A stretch of 64,000 nt of DNA, from the NCBI RefSeq assembly GCF_006345805.1, contig NC_042997.1, positions 14,260,001 through 14,324,000 of the forward strand, read 5' to 3'. Positions 50,776-64,000 of the stretch are shown piece by piece; the stretch's first letter is position 1, and the number at the start of each line of letters is the position of its first letter. Source of the stretch: Octopus sinensis. Its lineage: Eukaryota. The translations under genes and the position numbers were made by a program. The notes below the pieces were generated by a model, which worked only from the letters and a program-made list of their open reading frames with translations, searched no databases and had not been told where the DNA came from.

Positions 50776-51004
50776 TATTTCTTTACTACCCACAAGGGGC
50801 TAAACACAGAGAGGACAAACAAGGACAGACAAACGGATTAAGTCGATTACATCGACCGCCAGTGCGTAACTGGTACTCAATTTATCGACCCCGAAAGGAT
50901 GAAAGGCAAAGTCGACCTCGGCGGAATTTGAACTCAGAACGTAACGCAGACGAAAATACTGCTAAGCATTTCGCCCGGCGTGCTAACGTTTCTGCCAGCT
51001 CGCC
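50776..51004 (-). mobile_element. SINE family A
   Basis: Matches family A. Confidence 0.9.
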
Positions 51005-51185
51005 ACACACACATATCGACAATAGTATAGCGAGGTGGATGAGAGTCCCCAGTCGACGCTTTTATGGGGATGCACCTTCGGGTCTGCTGTATTGGCCTGT
51101 ATAGGCTTAGGAGCCGAGTGGTGACAAACTTAAGGTCATCCCCGAGAGGCATACACTCTAGCTACCACACATGTGTGTGTGTGTT

Positions 51186-51224
<39 letters not shown>

Positions 51225-51838
51225 TTGTGTATTTGCATCTGTGAGTGTTTTGTATGTAATATATGTAACGTTTGTATGCATGCATGTTTATGAGGAAAAT
51301 TACAAGTGAATACTAGGAAGTAATCACTTATAGCTTGGGAAAAAACGTTGGGGAAATTACATTTTAGCGGAACGCTTATTATCGCGTCTTCAATTCAATG
51401 TAAACTGCGTAGTCATATAAAAAACAATAATAATAATAATAAAAATAAAAATAATAATAATAATAATAATAATAACAATAATAATAATAATAATAATCAT
51501 AATAATAATAATAATAATAATAATGATTGGTTTTCCGCACGTACAGATTAATGTGTGTCTTATCCAGAGTCGTCGAGACACACGGACCAATGGCTAAAAT
51601 GATTAGATGAGGATATATGTTTTAATCGAATCTTGAAGAGATTTACCTAAAGAAGATCAGCATTATAATCTGTTTATAGCACTTTTGTCTGATTAATCGT
51701 TAGTTTAACATCCTCAATTTAATTCCGATTATGATGTATGTCTCATAGCATGAAGTTTATTATTCATCTACATACATTCCTTTTGTCATTACTACTACTA
51801 CTACTATTACAACCACCACCACCACCACCACCACCACC

Positions 51839-51870
<32 letters not shown>

Positions 51871-52042
51871 CACATTCTTCTTTTATAATTCCATTAACAT
51901 CTAGGATGCTTTATAGGGATATTAAAAAAATGAATGGTATAGTCGACCTCTACAGGATTTGAACTCAAAACATAATGGACTGTGACTAAATACCTAGTAA
52001 TGTAGCTAGGAGCTGGGTGGTGGGGGTCAACGGTGGGTGGAA

Positions 52043-53035
52043 TTTGTTTGTCCCCTCTGTGTTTAGCCCCTTGTGAGTAGTAAAGAAATAGGTATTTCGT
52101 CTGCCGTTACGTTCTGAGTTCAAATTCCGCCGAGGTCGACTTTGTCCTTCATCCTTTCGGGGTCGATAAATTAAGTACCAGTTACGCACTGGGGTCGATG
52201 TAATCGACTTAATCCGTTTGCCTGTACTTGTTTGTCCTCTCTGTGTTTAGCCCCTTGTGAGTAGTAAAGAAATAGGTATTTCGTCTGCCGCTACGTTCTG
52301 AGTTCAAATTCCGCCGAGATCGACTTTGCCTTTCATCCTTTCGGGGTCCATTAAATAAGTACCAGTTACGCACTGGGGTCAATATAATCTACTTAATCCG
52401 TTTGTCTGTCATGTTTGTCCTCTCTGTGTTTAGCCCCTTGTGGGTAGTAAAGAAATAGGCATTAAAGGCGGGGAGCTGGCAGAAACGTTAGCACGCCGGG
52501 CGAAATGCCTTGCGGTATTTCGTCTGCTGCTACATTCTGAGTTCAAATTCCGCCGAGGTCGACTTTGCCTTTCATCCTTTCGGGGTCGATGAAATAAGTA
52601 CCAGTTACGCACTGGGGTCGATATAATCGACTTAATCCGTTTGTCTGTCCTTGTTTGTCCCCTCTGTGTTTAGCCCCTTGCGGGCAGTAAAGAAATAGGT
52701 ATTTCACCGGTCGCTACGTTCTGAGTTCAAATTCCACCGAGATCGACTTTGCCTTTCATCCTTTCGGGCTCCATTAAATAAGTACCAGTTACGCACTGGG
52801 GTCGATATAATCGACTTAATCCGTTTGTCTGTTCATGTTTGTCCTCTCTGTGTTTAGCCCCTTGTGGGTAGTAAAGAAATAGGTATTTCTTTCTGAGTTC
52901 AAAATCTGTGGAGGTCGACTTTGCCTTTCATCCTTTCGGGGTCGATAAATTAAGTACCAGTTGCGTACTGGGGTCAATCTAATCGACTGGCTCCTTCCCC
53001 AAAAATTTTCGGGCCTTGTGCCTAGAGTAGAAAAG
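52043..53035 (+). mobile_element. SINE family A multimer, about 5-6 units, ending in an H-tail unit
   Basis: Repeated about 184-bp headless units joined at GAAATAG|GTATTTC; one full-length copy near 52465. Confidence 0.9.
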
Positions 53036-54555
53036 ATTTATTTAAAGTGTTCCGACAAAAATTCAGAGCTCCATCGCTGAAATATTCTTTTAGCGTCAAT
53101 GTCATGTCTTAATGGGAAGTTTTATCGTATTGAAATTTTTAGCAGCAACTGCCTTACACAAAAATGTGACATAATCAACATTTTCGGTTGCATTTTGGGG
53201 CTCCAAGGACTTCACTGTTTCCTTTATTAAAACTTTTAAAAGTTAACAAAGTAAATTTTAATATAAAAACGGTTAACTATTTTTATATATAACTTGACAC
53301 GAAGACAAGCATTAGTATATAAGTGGAACTATTCAGTTTGGCTCATAGATTTTATAATTAATTTTTGTTTTTTAACTAAACAGTTAGAAACTTTGTATAC
53401 TGATGTAATTTATCACGCAGAGCAAGGTTTACTTTGAACATTTTTGACAAAACTTTCGTATTTTAGAAGTTATTTCGTGCTGAAGTTGTAGTATTTGTGT
53501 AATTTTAACCGATCAACGACATGCATCTAGTTGAAAAATGCTATTGCTGTTTGCGATAGTAATCTAAGAGGAACAACTGCAGTGAACCACTATGATCCTC
53601 TAAGTAATTGAGTTGCAACAGGCCCTACATTATTCGGCAATAACCGTTATAAGAGAAGAAAGATAAAGAAAACGAAGAAAATAAACTTTTGTTTTCATAT
53701 ATACTCTAGTTCCTTGATGTCCGTCTTGATACCAACAGAATTTTAAACAGAATAAGTAAACATGTTCTTGCTCTTTATTAAAGTTAATTCATTCTGCTGA
53801 AAGATTAAATACACAAACTACTATCCTATTGCAAGATCCGGTACTGGGGTGTTATTGATAGGAACCTGATAAGTTACTGCTCTTCCTATGTCTCATTAAT
53901 AATTGATACAAGGAAACATTCAGCATACTAAATCTGTATGTGGTGTGGTTTCCCATATGTAATATACTCGAAGGAATCTTCAATTACGCCATGTAATTAG
54001 AAGGCAAAACTATCTCTCAGGATATTTAAAATATGAGTGTTTCTAATTTAGGCAGAGTGCTAGCACATTTTGAGGGGGAGGGTTTAATCAATTACAGTAT
54101 TTTCTCTCAGCGCTTGACTGGTACATTATTTTATCGACTTTGACGGGATAAATGATATAATTTATGGCTGGGATTTGAACTCAGAAATGTAAAAGGCTGA
54201 AATAAATGCCACAGGGTACTTTTTCCGACTCTCTAACAAATTCTGACAAACTACCGCCTTGCATTGTATATCAGTTTCCGCATTCTGCCAATCCTCCAAA
54301 ATATAAAACATATAAATACAAGACTATAATGCTGCTGGTTAGGAATAGTTACAATTAGGCTGAGGGAAAGTACTTCAAACAGTAGGGCCTTATATTTGTA
54401 ATATAGTGAGTTGAAAAACTCGATAAACTAAGATTTTCAATGCTGAGATTTTCTGTTTTGTTGAAAGTGAGTTACAAGATCGAAAGCATTTTGTCCGGCG
54501 TGTTAACGATTCCCCCAGCTCGTCGCCTTCTTGTTCTACAATAATAATGATACCA

Positions 54556-55524
54556 ATTTTTGACATAAGGCCAGCAATTTCAGGGGAGGGCCAAATTGAT
54601 TATATTGACCCCAGTATTCAGTTGGTACTTATTTTATCGACCTCGAAAGGATGAAAGGCAAAGTGGACCTTGGCGGCGGAATTTGAACACAGTATATGAA
54701 GACAGATGACATACCTATTTCTTTACTACCCACCAGGGGCTAAACACAGAGAGGACAAACAAGGACAGGCAAACGGATTAAGTCGATTATATCGACCCCA
54801 GTGCGTAACTGGTACTTAATCTATCGACACCGAACGAATGAAAGGCAAAGTCGACCTCAGCGGAATTTGAACTCAGAACGTAACAGCAGACGAAATACGG
54901 CTACGCATTTCGTCCGGCGTGCTATCGATTCTTTTCTACTCTAGGCACAAGAACCGAAATTTTGGGGGAGGGCCCAGTCGATTAGATCTGCCCCAGTACG
55001 CAACTGGTACTTAATTTATCGACCCCCGCCCATCGCCCTGAAAGGATGAAAGAAAAGTCGACCTCGGCGGAATTTGAACTCAGAACGTAAAAACGGACGA
55101 AATACCTATTTCTTTACTACCCACAAGGGGCTAAACACAGAGAGGACAAACAAGGACAGACAAACGGATTAAGTTGATTATAACGACCCCAGTGCGTAAC
55201 TGGTACTTATTTTATCGACCCCGAAAGGATGAAAGGCAAAGTCGACGTCGGTGGAATTTGAACTCAGAACGTAACGGCAGACGAAATACTTATTTCTTTA
55301 CTACCCACAAGGGGCTAAACACAGAAGAGACAAACAAGGACAGACAAACGGATTAAGTTGTTTATATCGACCCCAGTGTGTAACTGGTACTTATTTTATC
55401 GACCCCGAAAGGATGAAAGGCAAAGTCGACCACGGCGGAATTTGAACTCAGAACGTAAAAACGGACGAAATACCACTAAGCATTTCGCCCGGCGTTGCTA
55501 ACAATTCTGTCAGCTCGCCGCCTT
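54556..55524 (-). mobile_element. SINE family A multimer, about 5 units, mixing A-tail and H-tail units
   Basis: Same junctions on the minus strand. Confidence 0.9.
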
Positions 55525-56289
55525 AACGGATAAAAATAATAAGTGAAAAAGAGTGAAAGGTTGGGAGAAACAGACAAACAGACAGGCAGACAGGTAGACA
55601 GGTAGACAGACAGACAGACAGACTTGCACACACAAAGGAAAAGCGGAAGGGAAATAATCTGAAAATTGTACAGATAATTTATTCTATTGTAAATACGTTT
55701 GACCTTATTCGGTAATATTTCGTCATTCGTTGACTCACTGCAAAGCTTATATGTGAATGAAATTGTTCTCGGCTTTTACGTCAACGCGTTTATTTATATC
55801 CCAATTTAACAATGTTACGTTTCAAATAGTTTCTTTTAACATCTCAGGTTTCTTTATTAAGTTCGGGAAAATCTGCTTTAAGCTTGCTTAGGTCGAAGTA
55901 AGCGATCAACAAATGCAGTCCAGCCGTGGCAAATTTTTATTTATTTATATACTTAACGATTTATTGAAAAAATGACTTTGTTGTTCAATAATACATCGTT
56001 CTTCTTCAACTCTTAAGATTTGAGTGGATTTTGGTGCTGGTTTTAGCACATCGAGCGACGCATAAAGAACCACGTCATTGTGCATAAGATGATAGGTGTT
56101 AACCATTGCTAATATGAATTTCATTCAACCTCATTGACAGCATATATTTGATAATTGTTTGTATTAATGTATGTATGAATGTATGTCATTGTTCGGTTTT
56201 ATTTCCAGATTTCTTGCCAGTAGAGAAAGAGCCGGTTTTTCACGTAAATTCCAGGCTCCGTCATTGGAATTTCAACATCAACAACAGGC

Positions 56290-56833
56290 TATTTTTGTAT
56301 GTATGTATGTATGTATGTATGTATGTATGTATGTATGTATGTATGTATGTATGTATGTATGTATGTATGTATGTGTGTATGTATGTATGTATGTATGTAT
56401 GTATGTATGTATGTAGTATGTATGCATGTATGTATGTATGTATGTATGTATGTATGTATGTATGTATGTATGTATGTATGTATGTATGTATGTATGTATG
56501 TATGTGTGTATGTATGTATGTATGTATGTATGTATGTATGTGTGTATGTATGTGTGTATGTATGTATGTGTGTATGTATGTATGTATGTATGTATGTATG
56601 TATGTATGTATGTATGTATGTATGTGTGTATGTATGTATGTATGTATGTATGTATGTATGTATGTATGTATGTATGTATGTGTGTATGTATGTATATGTG
56701 CAGATTTGTATGTTTTGCTTTATGTATGTATGTATTCTCATGCATATAATTGCATACTTAGACATGCTAATATATTTAAATGATAAGCTTCTGGAAAGTT
56801 TTGTATGTATGTATGTATGTATGTATGTATGTA

Positions 56834-56882
<49 letters not shown>

Positions 56883-56885
56883 GGG

Positions 56886-56952
<67 letters not shown>

Positions 56953-56978
56953 CCATGTAGGCAGGCAGGCAGACAGGC

Positions 56979-57056
<78 letters not shown>

Positions 57057-57205
57057 ATAGATGATAGATAGATAGATAGATAGAAAGATAGATAGATAGA
57101 TAGATGTGTAGGTATGTATATATGTAATGCATATATTTATATATATGCGTACATACGTGTACATGTATGTATGCCTACACACGCACATACATACACACAC
57201 ACGTT
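56290..57205. repeat. Long (TATG)n/(TAGA)n/(CAGA)n microsatellite block
   Basis: Direct reading. Confidence 0.98.
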
Positions 57206-57840
57206 TAATCTATAACTGTGAGTCCAACAAAATACATTCTGTTTCGCCCTTGGGCTTCTCAGAGTTTGCTTGTAGTATTTGATTAGGCTAGTTACGCAGA
57301 GAACCTGAGTAGAAAGACAGATAAACAGACTTACAGAGAGATGGAAGAAAGCCATACCAGTAGCCGGATATTTGAGGAAAGGGGCTTTTATAAGTGCAGT
57401 GACGTTGATGTTGATGATGTTGTATATATAGGGACAAAGATAGTGATGGTGGGACTTGTGGGTGTTGATGATGGTAATCTATGAAAGTCATGTAGTGTTA
57501 GTGTGTATGGTGGTTATGGGGGAGAGGCTGTCGGTGTTGATGGTAGTGGTGCCGGTGGCGAAGTGAGTAGTGATAAATATGGAAACAGAGGATTGTGCTG
57601 ACACAATGTACCATTCAGGCTTTTTTGAATTTGGGTTTTTCCTTGATTGAAAGTAATTTCATCGTGTTCTTATAAGGGCCCCATTTTATACATACAGAGA
57701 AGAGAAATCAGCTGTCAATACCTTTTCTCCGTAAGTTTCCCGAAGAAGGAATCCTAACCACGAAATACTGTAATTTCAAGTAATAGTACGAACCACTGAC
57801 CTGTCTTATAATTATCTTTAAAATCAGCATTTCAAACATG

Positions 57841-57884
<44 letters not shown>

Positions 57885-58215
57885 CAAAATTTAGAGGAAT
57901 GACCTCTAAAGTGGACACCCTATATGCTAAACATTGACATAAAATCGCCATTACCACGAAGAATGTGTTCTCGAGAAAAATCTCAGCAACAAACCAAAAT
58001 GTAAAAATAAGCAAGAAAAATGAAAATATACGAAATCAAATGGTACATAGGTAATCGTTTTATATTTCGTATATTTTCATTTGTCTTACTTATTTTTACA
58101 TTTTGTTTTTTTGCTGAGATTTTTCTTGAGAACACATTCTTCGTGGTAATGGCGATTTGACGTCTATGTTTAGCATATAGGGTGTCCACTTTAGTGGTCA
58201 TTCCTCTAAATTGTG
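57885..58215. mobile_element. Fold-back MITE with about 160-bp TIRs and TA TSD (Tc1/mariner-type)
   Basis: TA|CAAAATTTAGAGGAATGACC...GGTCATTCCTCTAAATTGTG|TA. Confidence 0.82.
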
Positions 58216-59128
58216 TATGTAACACAATTTTTATTCTTCGGATTTTTTTAAATATGCTAAGCCACTGGTTTAATTGATTAATATCAATTTCTACCCTTAT
58301 GATTTAATTATTATCCTCCCAGTACTGTTTTATATATAATTATGACGCGAAATTCTCTCCCTTTGCTTTACCTTCCCCACTCTCTCTCCCTCTCACTCTT
58401 CCTCAGCTCTCTCTCAGCCGCGTGTCTTCCTCTATCTCTCTCTCTCTCTCTCACTCTTCCTCCTCTTTGTCACTGCTAGCCTAAACCACTTCCTTTTGCA
58501 CGCTGCTTTCAAACTGTAAAGTCATGTTTCCATGCGCTGCTAGGACATCCTCCGTCTAAGTCAGAAAAAAGGCCTTTTCGTTTGTTTTTCTCGTTTGTTT
58601 TCTTGTTTATTTTGATTTCTTGTATTGTGTTTTCTTTTTGTTTCTCGTTTTGTATTTTCTTGTACATGTATTTTTATCTTGTATTTTATTGTGCAGTTTT
58701 ATTGTTACGTCCTGTTTGTGTTATATTTTTTCTTGCTTGTTTTTACCCCTCTGCGAGGGAATTTTATTTTAATTCTCTCGCAGGAAGGCCTAGTTTTGAC
58801 GAGTCGTGTCCTGTCTTGCCTTCGAAACACGCTTGAGTCTAACTATCGACAGCTGATGATTGGGGATTTTTCCTTGTGTAGTATGTCCTGTACTTTGTTT
58901 TTCTGTTGTAAAAAAATGTTTTTCCCGTTTTCGTTTCTCGTCCAGTTCCACGTCTCTGTTTTTCTGTTGTAAAAAAAATGGCTTTTCCGTTTTCGTTTCT
59001 CGTTGAGTTCTACGTCTAGTTGTGGTGTCCTGTACTCACGTATATATATTTATATATGCATGTATATATACATGAAGATGTAGGTACATACATATATGTT
59101 TGTATGTATGCATATATTTTATTTATTA

Positions 59129-59205
<77 letters not shown>

Positions 59206-59464
59206 GTCAAGCGACGGTAGTGGGACAAAGACAGACACACAAACATTCATATATATATATACACGACATGCTTCTATCAGTTTCCATGTACCAAAAATAT
59301 ATATACACGCGCGCGCATACATACACACTCACACACACACACAGAGGATGAGAACATCACTTCATTTTAAAAAACCGTAATCATTGTAATGAAGTAATGT
59401 TCTCATTCTTCTATTTAAAAATGCGTCAGAAACAGCTGTAATGAGCTGACAATTATCCATTGTA

Positions 59465-59633
59465 TTTTTTCTACTTGTTTCAGTCATTTGACTGCAGCCA
59501 TGCACTTATTCTATGTAAGCCCAGTACTTGTCCTATCGGTCTCTTTTGCCGAACCGGTAAGTTACGGGGACGGAAACACCAACATCGGTTGTCAAGCGAC
59601 GGTGGTGGGACAAACACAGACACACAAACATTG

Positions 59634-59670
<37 letters not shown>

Positions 59671-59848
59671 TATATATGTGTATATACGACGGGCTTCTCT
59701 CAGTTTCCATCTACCAAATCGACTCACAAGACTTTGGTCGGCCGAGGCTATAGTAGAAGACACTTGCCCAAGGTGCCACGCAATGCGACTGAACCTGGAA
59801 CTATGTGGTTGGTAAGCAAGCTTCTTACCACACAGCCATTCCTGCGCC
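59465..59848 (-). mobile_element. SINE family B, full length
   Basis: Both halves plus internal (TA)n. Confidence 0.9.
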
Positions 59849-60137
59849 TATGTTATTATTCATTTGATTATAATACGCCAAGGGGATTTACAACTTGTCG
59901 GACAGCCTAGAGCATACCAACAACGTACAATTCAACGTAACGCGTGGTTTGGACCATTTTTTTCTTCGCAAATCTAAAACCTAGGCGCTAAATAGGGTTG
60001 GTTTTGTCTGTGTACTCAACCGAACTGTCCTATTTGATACTTATCAATCATAGGCCGGAATCACAAATTTATCCAGCGCTACCTGGTGCATATTTTTTCA
60101 AGTAACTGATTCTATCTGAATCCTTATCTTACTATAC

Positions 60138-60349
60138 TCTTTCTACTCTTTTTACTTGTTTCAGTCATTTGACTGCGGCCATGCTGGAGCACCGCCTTTA
60201 GTCGAGCAAATCGACCCCGGGACTTATTCTTTGTAAGCCCAGTACTTATTCTATCGGTCTCTTTTGCCGAACCGCTAAGTGACGGGGATGTAAACACACC
60301 AGCATCGGCTGTCAAGCAATGCTAGGGGGACAAACACAGACACACAAAC

Positions 60350-60401
<52 letters not shown>

Positions 60402-60578
60402 TATATACATATATACGACAGGCTTCTTTCAGTTTCCGTCTACCAAATCCACTCACAAGGCATTGGTCGGTCCGGAGCTATAGCAGAAGACACTTGCCCA
60501 AGATGCCGCGCAGTGGGACTGAACCCGGAACCATGTGGTTGGTTAGCAAGCTACTTACCACACAGCCACTCCTGCGCC
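60138..60578 (-). mobile_element. SINE family B, full length
   Basis: Both halves plus internal microsatellite. Confidence 0.92.
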
Positions 60579-60962
60579 TATATATATATATTTTTACATG
60601 TAAGGGTTTTTTAACCCTCTTAGTTATAATTGTGACTTGTTCATAATTATAAACGTTTCTTTTCTTCATATTTTATGATAACATGTTTGGCCATTGATAT
60701 ATTCATAAATAATCTTAATTATTTATAATATATCCTTCGTAATGTGTTTACACTACTCTCTACTTATTTATATTTTCCTAACTCGTGTCTGGTGATTTTG
60801 CCGTGGCTAGAGCTTACCGGTATTTACACATAAAACGCTGTGCATGGCATTTGAATTCAAAACTTGATTGTGTAGATAGAGGTGAAAACATTTTTATTGC
60901 CGGTTGGGATTCACGTTAGCCCCAATGTAAAATCTTGTTTTGATTTCTATCTATAGGAATAT

Positions 60963-61023
60963 TTCCCCTGACGAGGCGATGGGTCCCGTAAGTGGTCCCT
61001 AACGCCGAAATTGCAATAGGGAA
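60963..61023 (+). ncRNA. Minimal type I hammerhead ribozyme fold with fully canonical core (family 6)
   Basis: Stem I TTCCC/GGGAA, CTGACGA 60968-60974, stem II GGCG/CGCC, GAAA 61007-61010, palindromic ATTGCAAT, AUA triplet 61016-61018. Confidence 0.8.
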
Positions 61024-61034
61024 TTAACCAATTA

Positions 61035-61597
61035 TGATCTTTTCCTTTTGAACGGCAGTTTTCAACACAATTTCTAGTTAACTAAACACTTTTAAACTTC
61101 GTATACTGGTAGAATGTGTTTATAAAACATCATTATTTTCTTGGCTTTATTGAGAAAATTCTATAGTTTGTAACATATTTCCACTTTAAAATCGAGCATT
61201 TCGGCAATTTTAACCAATCAAATACGTCCATTTGGAGTCAAAACATACCGTGCTGGATGAATATGTCCTCGTTTAAGAAACAGATTGGGTTTATTTACAT
61301 TTGCGAAGAAAAAAAGATACCCTTCCCCCACCCCTAACCCTAACCCTAACCCTAACCCCACCTCTAACCCTAACCCCAACTCTAACTAAACCTAACCCTA
61401 AAATAGATTGAAATGCAATAGATCGATACTAGGGCCATAATTATGGGTGACATTTTCATTTGACACCGCTAGAAAAAAATCCCAGTTTTCTGTAGCGGCG
61501 TCGTATGAAATTGTCACCCATAGTTATAACCCTAGTATCGATCTTTGCATTTCAATCTATTTTAGGGTTAGGTTTAGAGTTATGGTTAGGGTTATAA
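61035..61597. mobile_element. Reverse-oriented copy of the telomeric-repeat MITE, with its far end folded back
   Basis: Left end TGATCTTTTCCTTTTGAACGGCAGTTTT; (CCCTAA)n at 61333-61400; 61484-61597 is an inverted re-copy of about 61385-61480. Confidence 0.82.
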
Positions 61598-61883
61598 ACC
61601 TGGAAAAGTACAGGACAAGTTATTACTTCCAGTACAGTAAAGAATCAGATTAAGACACAGAACTGGAACTACTAGTTTGCATACTGCCTTTGACTCTTTA
61701 TTTAGTATCAGCGGCTTCTCAGTCCGTACAGTATCAAGGTATGATATAAACCTACGTAGTAGACATACAGGCTTACAAACATGGCAAATTTAACTATTTC
61801 TCTGTAGATTGAAAAGACAAAAAATGATGAACAGCCTTGACTGATTTTCGAACCTCATTGGTTCTACATATATAAGATGGCTG

Positions 61884-62264
61884 CGAGCTGGCAGAAACGT
61901 TAGCACGACGGGTGACCTGCGTAGCCGTATTTCGTCTGTCGTTACGTTCCGAGTTCAAATTCCGCCGAGGTCGACTTTGCTTTTCATCCTTTCGGAGTCG
62001 AAAAATTAAGTACCAATTACGCACTGGGGTCGATGTAATCGACTTAATCCCTTTGTCTGTCCTTGTTTGTCCCCTCTGTGTTTAGCCCCTTGTGGGTAGT
62101 AAAGAAATAGGTATTTCGTCCGTTTTTACGTTCTGAGTTCAAATTCCGCCGAGGTCGACTTTGCTTTCATCCTTTCAGGGCGATGGGCGGGGTCGATAAA
62201 TTAAGTACCAGTTGCGTACTGGGGCAGATCTAATCGACTGGTCCCTTGTGGGTAGTAAAGAAAT
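61884..62264 (+). mobile_element. SINE family A dimer inside a single 16-bp TSD
   Basis: ATATATAAGATGGCTG at 61868-61883 and 62265-62280. Confidence 0.92.
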
Positions 62265-62730
62265 ATATATAAGATGGCTGTATTCATACACTTACATACA
62301 TACATACATACAAACATACATACATACATACATACATACATACATACATACATACATACATACATACATACATACATACATACATACATACATACATACA
62401 GAGACGTTGGCATAAAGGACTATTCACTCTCCTGAATAATGAATATTAAGCCTATTAATTTTGGGGGAAAAGAAAAGGTTGAAAAAGTCGTAGCAGTAAT
62501 CAGACAGTGAAATACATACCACGTAGGAATTTACATTATATATATACCATGGCGGCGAAAGAATCTGGAGTCAGCCACTGCAGATCGCTCAACTATCGAG
62601 AAAAATTCCAGTGAACTTTTGATCTGAACCAAGTTCAGATACCAGTTCTATAGAAAGTTCAGATACCAGTTCTATAAAAAGGCTAAAGAAAATCTCTAGC
62701 TAAGCTACATGAATTGACTTAAAAGTATTA

Positions 62731-62901
62731 GGCGCAGGAGTGGCTGTGTGGTAAGTAGCTTGCTAACCAACCACATGGTTCCGAGTTCAGTCCCACTGCG
62801 TGACATCTTGGGCAAGTGTCTTCTGCTATAGCCCCGGGCCGACCAATGCCTTGTGATTGGATTTGGTAGACGGAAACTGAAAGAAGCCTGTCGTATATAT
62901 G

Positions 62902-62958
<57 letters not shown>

Positions 62959-62968
62959 ATATAATATA

Positions 62969-63006
<38 letters not shown>

Positions 63007-63210
63007 TTGTGTGTCCGTGTTTGTCCCCCTAGCATTGCTTGACGACCGATGCTGGTGTGTTTACGTCCCCGTCACTTAGCGGTTCGGCAAAAGAGACCGA
63101 TAGAATAAGTACTGGACTTACAAAGAATAAGTCCCGGGGTCGATTTGCTCGACTAAAGGCGGTGCTCCAGCATGGCCGCAGTCAAATGACTGAAACAAGT
63201 AAAAGAGTAA
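62731..63210 (+). mobile_element. SINE family B, full length
   Basis: Both halves plus internal (TA)n(TG)n. Confidence 0.92.
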
Positions 63211-63329
63211 AAAAGAGTAAAGAGGATAAGAAATACCCAACATTCTCAAACTTTCGAAAGGAACAGTTACGCCAGCAAGTTCCCACAAACAGACTTTGAA
63301 CAAGAAAGAAACATGAACGTAGAAAACAA

Positions 63330-63480
63330 TAACAAACAGCCTACAACTTTACACAAAAACTTAGAAATACTAGGTTTTTCGAAGAAAGAGCAAAAAGAAA
63401 CTGACACATATTCTCCAAATGCAATCTATTAGCGGTGCAGTGGAGATTTGTAGCACATTCCAAAGATTCTTCAGCCGAGA
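63330..63480 (+). pseudogene. Possible RLE-type LINE C-terminal remnant
   Basis: LHKNLEILGFSKKE..Q.QSISGAVEIC..F resembles R4/CRE-like C-termini. Confidence 0.4.
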
Positions 63481-63649
63481 TTTTTTAGATGCACACATTT
63501 GGGTGTGTACACCGATTGCCTAACCAGCACAACAACTCAACCACGTATTTACAAACACCGGGAACTCTCTTAATTCAAAAGGGTCTTGTTTTATTTGCGA
63601 CCGGCTTGAACTCACTTGAGAAAAACTTAAATAAAACTCAAAGGGAAAA

Positions 63650-63857
63650 ACATACATACAAACATACATTTATACATACACACACACCTACATGCATACA
63701 TACATATATACATACATACATACATACATACACACATATTCATACATACACACACATACATACATACACACATACATACATACATACATACATACATACA
63801 TACATACATACATACATTTATACACACATACATAAATACATACATACATGCATACAC

Positions 63858-63890
<33 letters not shown>

Positions 63891-64000
63891 CATACATACA
63901 TACATACATACATACATACATAAATACATACATACATACATACATACACACATACATACATTTATACACACATACATAAATACATACATACATGCATACA
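63650..64000. repeat. (TACA)n microsatellite
   Basis: Direct reading. Confidence 0.98.

Noticed and set aside
52043-55524. CRISPR-like regularly spaced repeats
   Set aside because: Units are contiguous ~184-bp SINE monomers with no unique spacers and no cas genes, in eukaryotic context.
58785-58850. TTGACGA...GAAAC...GTC hammerhead-like spacing
   Set aside because: Stem II does not pair and stem I needs a register shift.
59345-59410. 23-bp imperfect hairpin followed by CAGAAACAGCTGTAA (hammerhead family-3-like tail)
   Set aside because: No catalytic core upstream of GAAA; likely a small MITE remnant plus a chance match.
61333-61400. Chromosome end or telomere fusion
   Set aside because: The short degenerate (CCCTAA)n tract lies inside a MITE that also occurs at 8992-9436.
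62549-62614. ACCATGGCGGCG start in good Kozak context after a TA-rich tract
   Set aside because: Frame closes after 21 codons with no convincing splice donor.

Overview
Repeat-saturated, AT-rich eukaryotic DNA with no recognisable host protein-coding exon. The SINE families, Penelope-like elements (PLEs) and (TA)n/(TACA)n/(TAGA)n/(AAT)n microsatellites point to an octopus (coleoid) intron or intergenic region; this taxon call is inference, not a database result. Content: at least four tRNA-derived SINE families (labelled A-D here), many in head-to-tail multimers or with swapped heads and tails; decayed LINEs (CR1-like, RTE, RTE-X-like, R4/Dong-like, one with a twin-priming inversion); two Tc1/mariner remnants; MITEs; two non-autonomous Helitrons; and many PLE fragments and pseudo-LTRs (pLTRs), often as fold-backs in (TA)n. 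The strongest unexplained signal is about 12 minimal type I hammerhead ribozyme folds from about 7 sequence families. Several have non-canonical cores (U3-A8, C4, extra nucleotides beside stem II). One lies downstream of a tRNA-like Pol III head, three cluster within 1 kb, and one pLTR deletion ends exactly at the predicted cleavage site. All folds and alignments were done by eye and need computational and biochemical confirmation. Nearly all long ORFs in the supplied track are microsatellite translations.
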